Notes under the pieces: model-generated
The model's database searches: none
What the model was told of the DNA's origin: nothing
Seen by the model: only the letters and a program-made list of their open reading frames with translations
Assembly: GCA_050273025.1 (NCBI GenBank)
Contig: CP158635.1
Span: forward strand, 3,286,001-3,350,000
Origin: Cenococcum geophilum
Lineage: Eukaryota
Direction: 5' to 3'
DNA: 64,000 bases
Shown here: one piece after another, positions 25,823 through 37,299 of the stretch
Numbering within the stretch: position 1 is the first letter of the stretch
How the letters are laid out: the number at the start of each line of letters is the position of its first letter
Program-made: the position numbers and the translations under genes

Positions 25823-28800
25823 TGTCGGGAATGAGGCAAGCGGTCGTCACGTGTTGTCACGTGTCGCCGCGGCACTAGCGTGGTGAGGAACCTTAGGTTT
25901 CTTACCTACCCCCTAATTCTAAACAATAAGCTTTATAACTAACATTCACTATATCTACTCAAGTAGCATTAGTGAGTTACCCTATAACATTAATACTAAT
26001 TAGTAGTTAAATACACAGTTAACTATAGAGTAGCTAGGTTATTAATAGAAGAGATAGTCTTATATAGGGGTGCTATATGCGCTTATATAGAATGGATCCC
26101 GGTAATACTATACTACCTTAAACTTACAGAAAACTAGTAATAGAAGTGTTACTAAGTACTAAGAGATACTAAGTTGCGTTTATTACGCAGAATAATTACG
26201 TTTACAAAGATTTAGTCAAGTACTTTAGGTTAAAAGTATTACTAAACCTAAGGTCCTAAGTTAACGTCCGAAACGCGTCGAACAATATCTTAAATTGCCT
26301 ACCTTTGGACAGTAAACCTACGAGATCCTATAAAACCGAAAATCCTGCCTACCTTTAACGTATAATACCTTGTCGATTCTACCTACTATAGTATTAACCT
26401 ATCTAAAGAAGTATAAGAAAGATATTAACCTAAAGATATAGGATAGAGCTATAACTAACTTTATAACCGCTAAGCAATAGGACCTAAATAGATTCTTAGT
26501 ATACTATATAAAACACTATAAAAATAGCGAATATAATAATACCGCGCTATAGTATTATATAAAGGAGGACTTTATTAAATAGACAAAGGAAACATAGGTT
26601 TCTATAAATAAAGATATTATATAGGACTTCCGTAACTTCCTTTAGGAGTATAGAGTATTTGTCCCTATAGATGGGGGTAGTATTAGGGACAACATTTAGG
26701 AACACGTTATTAATATAAAGGAAGAGTATAAATGGACTCTATAAGAGATTAAGCACTAACTACGCACTATAAAGAAGCTTAAATTATAATAGAACCTAAG
26801 TAATATACTACTAAAGACGCGTTCTAACTCTATTACTCTAGGTATGAGTTCTAACATTCCATATCTATCGCCTCTACCTTTATCTTTAACTCCCCTATAT
26901 TAACCAGCTTAACCCATAGCCTTAATTAACAACCCCTAATAAGCATAAGATCCCCTTATTTCACGGTCTAATAACCTTTAAACTCCGCCGACTAGATCTA
27001 TATTACTATTATAGCCTATAATACAATATAGCTAAACACTAATTAGAGGCACCTTAAAAATGCTTATAGAGCTTATAAAGCTCTATTTAGAATAGGAGAA
27101 GAAGTTTAGCAAAGAACTATATAATATCCTTAATTCAAAGTTACGTATCTTCTATAACTATTACTAAAAGGTTAGACTAGAACCCAATTAATACCATATT
27201 ACTTATTTAGTTATACTTAAGGGCCGAGCTAGTACCTTTTATTATAATCGTTTGGCAGAAAAAGGATATAATTTTAACCGAATAATATATAAAATAAGAT
27301 GCCACTTTAAAATAGAGGAGAATAAGCAGCAGTATATGTTGGAGTAGAGAGAGACTACCTTCTTAAGAATTATTGCTATAAACCTAGGTGCCTTTTAACT
27401 TAATTATCTTTAAAAGCTCTTTAATTAACTCTAGATAATTTAGCGTAGTTTATCCAAATTATATTAAAAGGACTTCAGCCTACGCAATTAAGTTATTAGC
27501 GTATATTAAGGTGTTAAAAAATATAACCTTACTCTCTTTAACCCTATAAGTACTTATAAAGAAGTATATACTTAATTAAGATCCTCTATCAGCACCGCCC
27601 TATACTCTTAAAAAGTATAGCAATTTAACGCCTAACTCTAACCTACTTTAATTAACCCGGCTAACTAATATAATTATAACTAGACTAATTAAACATATAG
27701 TGGTTATAGTAGGGGATATAATAGAGGGTATAATTAACGTCAACTATAAAGCAATTATAGAGGTCCTTGTGGAGGTTCATTTCGCAATAATTAGCAGAAG
27801 AAATGCTATATTTATAAGAAGCCAAATTACTAGTTAATTAGATACCCCCTTAATAAATAAAAGGAGGCATATAATAAGTTTCGCTAGAGCGTATAAAATG
27901 TTAGAAACTAAGAAGTTATTATAGCCTACTTTTAAAGCTTCCTAATTTAATATAAAGGCGAAGAAGATCTTAAGGGTAAGATTAACGAGGCTAAACAGCT
28001 CCTTATAGATATGGAAATTAAGGACTACTTTCTTAACTAATACTTTACTAAGTATAGTAAGGTAAATAGCGCACAAACTGTTACTATCCTTAATAATTAA
28101 TCTACGCTCTATTCTATTATAAGGTTAGATATCTTTAATAAGCTAAAGAAAAGTTCCGCGTTCTCCTTTAATAACAGATACTCAGCGAACGTCTTTTATA
28201 GTATTATACTAGATATTAGAGCTGTAGGAGTATCTATAGTAGAAGAACCTTAAGTCTAAGCTCTTTAGCAGCTTAATAGTTCTGTCTAAATTAACTAATT
28301 AACGGCAGGCTAATATATAATTCGCTTTAATAAGGGTACTATAATCTCTCTTAGCATAATTAAGGTCTAAACCCCGTTAGGATATATTACTTTCCATATT
28401 ATTCCCACAAATACCCTATTCCTATTCTGCATCCAAAATATAGATAAATTAGGCGTTAAGCTTAATAACCTTAAGAATATACTTGTTTAGGGAGATAATT
28501 GGGTGCCCGTTATACGCAAGTAGGGTCACCCTTAATTGCTCCTTTAACAGCCAAAAAGGAGCGTTACTTAGAGTCACTTAACCAAGTCAGAGCTACGTTA
28601 ACTATATCGTCATTTTAGCTACCTATCCATTTACTAACTGCTTAGGGTTCTTTAATAAGCAGGTTATAAAGTTAAGGTTAAGGCAATTAAACATCTTATA
28701 AAGTACTACTATTACTGCTAAATAAACTAGAAGTCCCCCAGCCGATTCAAGTTTACCCTTAAAGACGACTACAACTTTAACTTCTATATTATTATAGATG

Positions 28801-31800
28801 TTATATATCTTAGCGGCAAGCTAGTACTCTAAGTTATTAACTTCTTAACCTCCTTCTAAGCCGCACGCTTTTTAAAAGATATATTAGCTAAGAACGCATA
28901 GGATACTCTTTAATTATACTAGATTAATGTCTACCTAGAACCCCCTAATTAAATCGTTTATAATATAAAAAAGAACTTCTTATCTATAGAGTTTTAATAA
29001 TAGGTAAAGGCAATAACAATTAAGGTTAAGGAAGTCCCCGTTAAGGTATATAATAGTATTAAAAAGGTAGAACGATACTATACGCCATTACGCCGCGCAT
29101 ATAAGATTATTTCTTTAGAACTAGAGGGTGCTAGCGAAGAGCTTATCTTATAGATAGCTATTAAAGCTATTAACGATACCACTAGCCTAGATAGGCTCGT
29201 ACCTACGTTACTAGTCTTTAGCGCCTACCTTTAAATAACTAACAATTCTTTACTATCTCCCTCTATTATATAACGAGCTAAGGCAATTTATAAGGCAATA
29301 AAGGAGGTATGACGTCTCTACGCCACGCGCTAGGTTAACGACGCACTAGGAATAAGAAATAGCCTAAATACCTTAACTACGCTTAATCTGCCACTCTAAT
29401 CTAAGATATGCATATAGCGTAAAAAGGGAGAATGGTTAGGCCTATATAAACTTATTACAATTAATAGTTAGACTTATACTCTTTAGATACCCTATAGACC
29501 TACTTAATTTTATTTAACTGTTATTAAGCCTTACTATAAAGATAATAGTTTTAAGCCTTTATAGGATACCCTAGAAGATACCCTAGAAGATGCCCTAGAG
29601 GAGAACTACAATTAATATACCCTAGAAGGTGACTACGACCCTAATATAACTGTAGTAGATACGCCGCAACTATAACGCGGTAGAGGTCGCCTAAAGGGAT
29701 TACAAAACCGCTAATATCTTATTAATTTCAAAGAGTAACTTGTTACCGCCATTAAGAATAGAGTTAAGCTATTAATGGCCTTTATAATAGCTAAAGAGAA
29801 GGCTAACTTTAAGCTTGCAAAACAGCTCTAAAAGGAAGGCTATATTATAACTTTAGGAGCTCCTTTCTAAGCATCTAATAAGCAGGAGATTAACGGTCTT
29901 ATTATAAGAGGAGTCTTTAAGTTTAAGAAGTATAACCCTACTAAGTTTAATAGGGTTCGTATATTTAAGTTAAAAATAGTTAATAAGATTAAAGGCAAAG
30001 CTACTAATACCCCATTTAAGAAGTTAAGGCTAGTTATTTAAGGTTATAACAATAATAGTAAGGAAGTAATTCTTATATAATCCCCTATAATTTAATAAGC
30101 TAGTTAGCGAGTTATTATTGCGCTAGCTTCTTCCTTAATAAAGAATAGAATGGCGGTTTATTTATAAGATATTACTTAAGCCTATACCTAATTAGAGATA
30201 CGCCTTTAGCGCTTAATACTAGTATACCTTCTAGAGCAAATTCGCCACTAATATCCCGAAGATATAATTATAGTTATACTTAAGCCACTATATAGAATCG
30301 CAGAGGTAGGAACTTATTAGTGGGCTACTTATAGCAAGCACTATAAAGAAAAGCTTTTAATAACTACTTCTATATTTAATTTCTACTTCCTCATTATAGC
30401 TATAGGAACTCTATTTAGAATCGTCGGCATATAAATAGATAATATAATTATCTTAGGAGATAACCAATTCTTAGCTCTTAAAGAAGATAAGCTAGTAAAA
30501 GTAAACCTTATAGCAAAGCCAAAGGAAAGACTTAATTTAATAACACCATTACTCTTTAATAGATGCATTATTTCCCTAAATAAGGATTCCATTACCCTAC
30601 GCCAGAAAGGTTAAGGTAAGAAGATTAACGTTATTAACGTTAATTCTCTAAAGTAAGGATACGTAGAGTAACGCGCTTATAGAGCTTATATAGCTTCTAT
30701 CTATTAACCTAAAGCTTTCTTTAATCTCTTTATTACCGCCTAATACTAGGAACTAACTAAGGATAATATTTTTAACCTAAATAAGCGTCTTTCCTAGTAA
30801 ATAAACCATCTTAATTGGGGACTACTCTATATGCCTATTAATCTTCCTACCGCTAAGTTATTTATATTTATTAATAAATCGTTTATAAATAATAAAGATT
30901 TTAGCTTTTAGCTAGGATATAAAATTATTATAGTAAATAAATCTACTAGAGAAAATAACTTTATAATCTACGGTAATCTTATTTATTAGAGCTTAACTAA
31001 GAGCAAACGCGTTACTTAAAGTATTTTAGCGTTAGAGATATATAGAATAGTTAGTGGAGTTAATATAGCAATTACAATTAGAACTACCCTTAAGATAATT
31101 ATAAATTAACTTAAACTTCCTATTATCCCTATAATTATATATACCAACTTATATTCCCTCTATAAGTATTTAGTTAAGCTTAGTACCACAAAGGAGAAGC
31201 GCCTTATAATTAATATTATAGCACTTTAGTAGTCCTATAAGCGTTAAAAACTCTTTAAGATCTAATGGATTAATAGTTAAGATAACCCAACAGATATAAT
31301 AACGAAGGTAAACCTAAATAAGGCACTAGAGACGTTTATTAATATAAATACTCTATATATATAAGTTAAAGGTTAGGTTAAAAGGGAAATTTAGAGAAGT
31401 TAAGATTTTATAGAACTTTAACCGCCGGTTAAAGTTATCTAATTAGTTAGATTCTTGCTAAGAGCACTATACCTAATTAATTTAGGTGGCGGTATGGAGT
31501 TCTACTAATACTATTTATTAAGCTGGCCAATTAGGATTTTCTATCCCCGGGATAGAAAATTACTATTGGCTTGGCTAAGAGCGGTAAGCGGAACTGATAT
31601 CTTCGCACGAACCTATATATCTACCTACGCTACCTTTTCCCCTTTATTTCTTCTTCTTCTTTTTCTTAGCTTTATATCTTTATATAGTAGTAATCTATAA
31701 GTGTATATAGATAGCAACTATAAAAGAAGAGTTGCCAGTGTTGGGAATAAGGCAAGCGGTCGTCACGTGTCGTCACGTGTTGCCGCGGCACTAGCGTAGT

Positions 31801-31911
31801 AAGGAACCTTAGGTTCCTCACCCACCCCCTAATTCTAAACAATAAGCTTTGCAACTAACATTCACTATGTCTACTCAAGTAGCATTAGTGAGTTACCCTA
31901 TAACACTAATA
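25823..31911 (+). mobile_element. Full-length Ty1/Copia element (RIP-mutated)
   Basis: 173-bp LTRs 25823-25995 and 31739-31911; TSD attac; CCHC remnant ~27805, integrase ~28570-29230, then RT ~29880-30800 and RNase H (..WINS*DNPTDIITK ~31265), i.e. IN before RT; purine tract aaaagaagag before the 3' LTR. Confidence 0.93.
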
Positions 31912-32384
31912 ATTACTTTAGTATAGAGCTGTTTTAGTTAATTAAGCGCTACCAACTAAACTTAGCCTAGAGTTAACTTAACCTTAATTCTATACTTACT
32001 CTTAAGATAAGATTAGAAATTATTACTAGCTAGAGCACTATACGGTGGATCCGTACAGTATTTATAGTAAAAAATGCGGTTTTTACCCCAGAATTCTAGC
32101 TCTAAGCTAGCCTAGGGTAGACAAGCGTGCTCCGATATTTTAACAGCTAAGCGCTTTCTAGTCGTTTTCAACTTCGTTTTAATTAATTCCTAGGTTAATA
32201 AAGGCGCAAGAAAAGATGAATCTGCCTCAGAAGCCATTTGTTATACGAATTTATAGACAATAGAAAATTTTTGCGGGTTATTGGTAATAGCGTCAATCAA
32301 TATTGATCTTATCGATACTTATCGATAACGATATTGATTAGTAAGATTGATAATAAAATTATTGACAACCACGCTGATCCTTGC

Positions 32385-33594
32385 TGGGAAGAGGGGCAAA
32401 GCCATCAGCGCTTGATAACAAATGTGGAGAAATGGCACTACACTGGGCTGCTGAACGAGGCCATGAGGGTATCTCTGAGCTTTTGTTACTGCATGGAGGA
32501 TTTCTAGATGCACAAGATGCGTTCGTGGAAACGGCATTGCATTACGCAGCAGGGAATGGGCATGGGCTAGTGGTTGAAGTGCCATTAAGAAACAGGCCCA
32601 ACTTACTTTTACAAGACAAAAAGGGGCGGACTCCACAGGCCTATGCGGAACAGAACAGGCATACAAATGTTTCTCGAATCCTAAAAGAGTAAAGCGGAGA
32701 CGTGCTAGAGCTTGATATAACAGAGACAGTAGGACGAACAGCATTGATTGAGGCAACGAGACTAGGACAAGTAAAAGTGTGGCAGCTAGTCGAGGAGGGG
32801 GCAAATCTCGAGGCGAGAGATGAATACGGACGGCGCTGACTATTGCAGCCTCGGGAGGCCATAAGATGACGGTAGAGCTGCTGATGGAGAATGGAGCGGA
32901 AATCGAGGCAAAGGACATGTACGGAAAGACGGCACTGATGTACGCAGCCCAGGGGCATAAGGCAGTATTACAGCTGCTGCTCGGGAAGAGGGCCGAAGTT
33001 CGGGTGACGGATGATGACGGCCAAACGGCGCTACATTGGGCAGCACGGTATGGGTACGAGGACATAGTGGGAGAGCTGCTTAAGACGGGAGCTATTCTTG
33101 ATGCAACCAGCCGCCACGGGACTGCCCTATCATGGGCAGCTAATAGCGGACATAATGCAGTAGTGAGGCCGCTGCTTAAAAAAATGCAAGTTTTGAGATC
33201 AAAGGAGGTGGAGGTGGGGGGGAGGAACCCCATTGTCGCTGGCGGCCGCGTGGGATCATGAATCTACAGCGCTACAGCTATTGGAGAGCGGTACGGAACT
33301 TTATGCGAAGGGTGAGTATGGACAGACAGCACTGGAGAGAGCAAGAGAAGGAGGGCATAAAGCGACAGTTAAGTTACTGGAAGGATGGAGCGAATATCGA
33401 AAGATTTGATTTTAACGAGTTGATTGAAACTGTCCGGCTACGAATTGGGAGGCGCATACCTTGTAATGATGTCTACGAGTTGTCAGTAAGGCGTAGGGAC
33501 GTTAATTGTTATCTTGAACATTTGTTGTCGTATCTGAGCAGTACAACTGGAGTGGTCAAAGAAAGAAATTTGCCTCCATCCATGTATCGTATGG
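32385..33594 (+). pseudogene. Ankyrin-repeat gene relic, part 2
   Basis: Continues part 1 in frame across the TSD (GGHKEVVQSL|LGRGAKPSALDNKCGEMALHWAAERGHE); many ankyrin repeats; stop at 32690-32692 and frameshifts. The right boundary is approximate. Confidence 0.85.
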
Positions 33595-33836
33595 TGTCGG
33601 ACGGACAAGTCACTGAGAAGAACTCTGTCGATTGAAGCTGGCTCTACATGGCGTTGGGGCAAAAGACTGACGACGACGATTTGGAACTATTACTCAATCG
33701 CCACCAGGTCGACATTGCCACTTAGTCGGTGATAGGTAATGAATAGGTAATAGAAAATAGATAGTAAGACATACGATGGCAAGAAACAGGGTGTGAGTCA
33801 TAAGGTGGTACTTGACAGTGACCTCAACGTTCGACA
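33595..33836 (-). mobile_element. Solo LTR (242 bp)
   Basis: Termini tgtcggacg..cgttcgaca; 5-bp TSD tatgg; interior homologous to 7700-7852 (orientation inferred from that match). Confidence 0.85.
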
Positions 33837-34770
33837 TATGGGTCTCCGGATGGGCCATGAGTAAAGATAGTGCCTACTAGAATTTCGGAAACACCCGCAA
33901 GCTCGTGTAGAACTCTCAACCTGTAGGTTCGTCTGCTAAGGAATTCGTGACTTCTCTATTCGGAGATAAGTAGGTTCTGCGGCCGTGACTATGGTTTCGG
34001 GCGGTCGTCATGATAACGGCAGGCTGTCGGCGGCGACTTGAGGAAGAATGTTGGTAGCGGCGCGTGTGGTGTCCGTGGTTATAGAGTGTTATTTTTGGAG
34101 TTTACTCTAAGGTGTTAGGCTCCATAGTTCAAAGGCATTTCTATCCAACATCTCCAAGGGTGGAGTTGATGGGTTCTTAGGCGAAAATTAACTTGCTCAC
34201 ATAGTAAGGGCTGAGTCCCGGTATACAAGAGAGGTTGTCCTTAGAATTCTGGGAAAAGGGCGTCAAAGACGTCCAAATTCAGCGGCAGATTTCCCTGGAA
34301 CTTCCATTGGGCCCGTAATCTCTCGCCGATAAGCTTCTGTAAAACACCCCTTGCTCCACGCTTTCTCTTACCAAGTATTCCTATTAAATTCACGCCATCT
34401 CCAGCGCGTCACATCATTGTATAGGAATTGGTCTAGCGCTACTTATTTCGAATGACATTTAAGCATAGCTGTCTTCTGTATTTCTGCCGTCTTTCATCTA
34501 TTTTGTTTCGGGTCGGCAGCTTCAACCTTTGTTCAAGGCTATCTCCAAAGCCCACATCATTTAAATATTGCCAGTCAACTTTCCTCCCCTCTCTATTATG
34601 GCCGTATGAAGTGCTTCAGGCCATTCAGCAGAGCCCATAAAAAGTTACAATAGAGTCATATTACCTCCTAACAAATCTATATTCCGTTGTGGAGTTCTTT
34701 AAGGGCTCGCCTAAATATATTTTCTCTTCCATCTTTGCATTTATAATATGACCAAGTCAACTTCCCTTAC

Positions 34771-34890
34771 ACATACGACTCATAGGTACTGGAGAACAAA
34801 GGGTCCCGTCCGCTCCCCTATATTTAAACCAGTAACCGGCGAATCAGTAGTTAGGTGGGTGACCACTAGCGAATCCTCGCTGTTGTATGT
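34771..34890 (+). rRNA. 5S rRNA: Dispersed 5S rRNA gene (variant)
   Basis: acatacgac...cccgtccgctc...agtagttaggtgggtgaccactagcgaatcc...tgttgtatgt; TATA-like ttataata about 30 bp upstream; oligo-T tract at ~34899-34907. Confidence 0.93.
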
Positions 34891-35996
34891 TTATTCCCTT
34901 TTTTTTTGGCCCTTGATCTATTCTCCATTTAATTTCCTACCTCACATACTTAGAATTACCCTCCATCCACCCACCCTCAGGGCAATGTATGTAAGTCGAG
35001 CAGTATCTTGATGTCTAGAATCCGCAGCAGCTATGAGCATGTCAGGAGAAGATCCCGCAACTGCCTAAAAAATTACACGTAAAATCCTATAAACTCCCTC
35101 TGCGTTATGTTTCCACGGGATAAACGTATCCTCAAAATCTAGTTTTTCTCCCAGACAAATCTGCAGAATGACAGCGGCTTTTCCCCAGTACCTTAACTGA
35201 CCTCCATTCAAATGCCTTCAGTCTTTCTGACGTTATCCAGATCACCAGAAACGAGAAGAATTTCAGTTAACCATTTTCCCAAACCACTAACAACCCAACG
35301 ACCACCTGGAGCGCCCTCAAAGTTACGATCTAGGCCCCGTCCCCTCGACCTTACCCAATAGTGCATATCCTCCATCCATCATAAGTGTGACATTGACGAT
35401 GCCTAAGGCGGTCTCATCAAGCCACGCTTGCCCACAAGAATCTCGGTCAATTTTAGAACACGTCTGCGACACGTGTTAGCCATGAAATTAGAAAGTCCTT
35501 CCAGCATATCACCGGGAATCTCTAATGTTCGAAGACCATTGGTAGAATCGCCACGCCCTTTAGGCCTGTATAGGCATATGGCATTCCGGTCCGGACTGGT
35601 CCCCGGAGGTTCAGCTTGATGCAAGGACCCGAATTCGTGCTAATAGCGCAAATGATATCTTGATATGTGATTGTAGTTATATTCTGAGTGTGAAGAAGCT
35701 ATAAATCTATGCGGAGCACTTCTAGAGTATACTCAGCCCAACGCTGATTTTAATTACGCTACAAAGGTCAGTCCTATAGCAAAACCCTAGCTATATTGTA
35801 CGATACTTTGACTTAGACAGCTACGGAAATCAGGATACAAGTAGAAGAAAACTATGAAAGACTGGGTTCCAGCCACTGCTGAGCCTCATTCCCGCTCTCT
35901 CGGCAGGCCGTGTGATCATTCTATAGTCACTGTAACAATAAATTCGCCTCATTGCGATAGGTCTTTACACTGCGGAATACCAAGACCTGGAAAGCT

Positions 35997-36672
35997 TTAG
36001 TACCAGCTTTTGTCCGACAGCCTAAGAACATTCTTACCTAGTGCAGCGAGCACCAACACCCAACTTCCATCGATTGTTTGGATTCCTCGGTCTTGACCGT
36101 TAGTAATGACGACAGTTGCATGGATATCATCGCCTTGGCGAGTGTGATTTCTAGGAAGTTGGCGAATTAATGCTAGCACAATGGCTATACATTTCGGGGA
36201 TCTGACTCACCTCCTGGATGACAAAATGAATGTCCTGCTTCCCCTCCCCAGGAACATGATCACCTACACTTCGGAATTTAATCTTAGCTCCAGCTCCAAG
36301 CCCTCGCCTTACAAAGACGTTCAATATCTTCTCCACGGGGAATGTATTTTCAACCGCTTAATCGTAAGCTCTTATTTTAATTTTTAATTTCTTTGTCCTG
36401 CCATTGAATAGCTCCCCTAATGTGCATGGAATAATCTTTTCGTAGATGGTAGTTTCAGACTCGGATTCCGATTTCAATCCCAGGGGCGTGGACTCAGACG
36501 TCGGAGAAGACAATTTTCCCCCAGAAGCTTGTTTGGGCGAATGCTCACCCGGTTGGGAATCCCGTTTCACTGAGGGTAAAGGAGGTAAATGTTGAGGCGG
36601 AGGTGGTTTACTATGGCGAGGATGCATGAATTCAAAGGGCATGACTTGTGTAATACGCCCCTGATATTTCAA
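35997..36672 (-). pseudogene. DnaJ/Hsp40 C-terminal domain (Sis1-like) fragment
   Basis: EKIIPCTLGELFNGRTKKLKI...*...VRRGLGAGAKIKFRSVGD...QDIHFVIQE [intron] ..GDDIH; in-frame TAA at 36358-36360; no J-domain seen. Confidence 0.7.
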
Positions 36673-36858
36673 TGAAGTATCCTTTTAGTGTTAAGGCCCA
36701 CAACTACTGGCCTTCCTTGTCCATTGGCAAGATGTGATTGTCCCAAGTGCAAGCTGCAGATTGTATCGCTTTAGTTCCGTTTTAGTAGTTTTCTTAGTAA
36801 TATGCTGCTCGCAGAAACTCGACGACCTTTAGACCATGGTTCCATTGACATGGCCTTA

Positions 36859-37011
36859 TGTCGACCTGAGTCGGACCCCTGCTGCCTTGACTCGGTCACC
36901 GACCCCTTGACTCAGTCACCCTCATGTATATATAGCCTCATTTCCTTCATAGATCAATCTTTACACGAGTTTTTCCTTTCCTAACGTCTGCGCACGGACT
37001 TCCAATCGACA
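36859..37011. mobile_element. Solo LTR (153 bp)
   Basis: Termini tgtcga..tcgaca; 5-bp TSD cctta; internal TATA-like tatatata. Confidence 0.85.
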
Positions 37012-37299
37012 CCTTATTTGCCCAAAAGTGGTTCGCAGCAAACCAACCATTCTTAACGCAACAACTATTTTAATATAAGCCAGATTCAATTCCAATCAAC
37101 GCTTAACACCATATATCTAACCCAAGGAGTTCCAATAACCCTATTCTACCACCGGCCTAAAACAGGGATGCGCATAATCAGTGCAATTATAATCAGGCCA
37201 AAGATTTTAATTCTTATAAAACCACCGCACCTAATTCTGATCAATTATATTGATTATATTAATTATACACTAATTTCCTAATTAGGATTAGATTGATCT

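Larger units (their letters stand above)
5084..32376 (-). mobile_element. hAT transposon (about 2.2 kb of own sequence) expanded to 27.3 kb by nested insertions
   Basis: TIRs cagggtggttgtcaataa (5084) / ttattgacaaccacgctg (32376); 8-bp TSD atccttgc (5076-5083, 32377-32384); subterminal tcaatattga repeats at both ends; minus-strand hAT dimerisation motif MAINILLILAISDEPERVF..ARR at ~5250-5400. Own segments ~5084-5459, 7883-8797, 25341-25822, 31917-32376. Confidence 0.93.

Noticed and set aside
32319..33233. 304-aa minus-strand ORF
   Set aside because: Antisense shadow of the ankyrin repeats.
34049..34150. Possible solo LTR (tgttgg..ccaaca)
   Set aside because: Flanks aagaa and tctcc do not form a TSD.
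34771..34890. Starship insertion at the 5S gene
   Set aside because: The 5S gene is uninterrupted and I recognised no DUF3435 tyrosine recombinase in the window.
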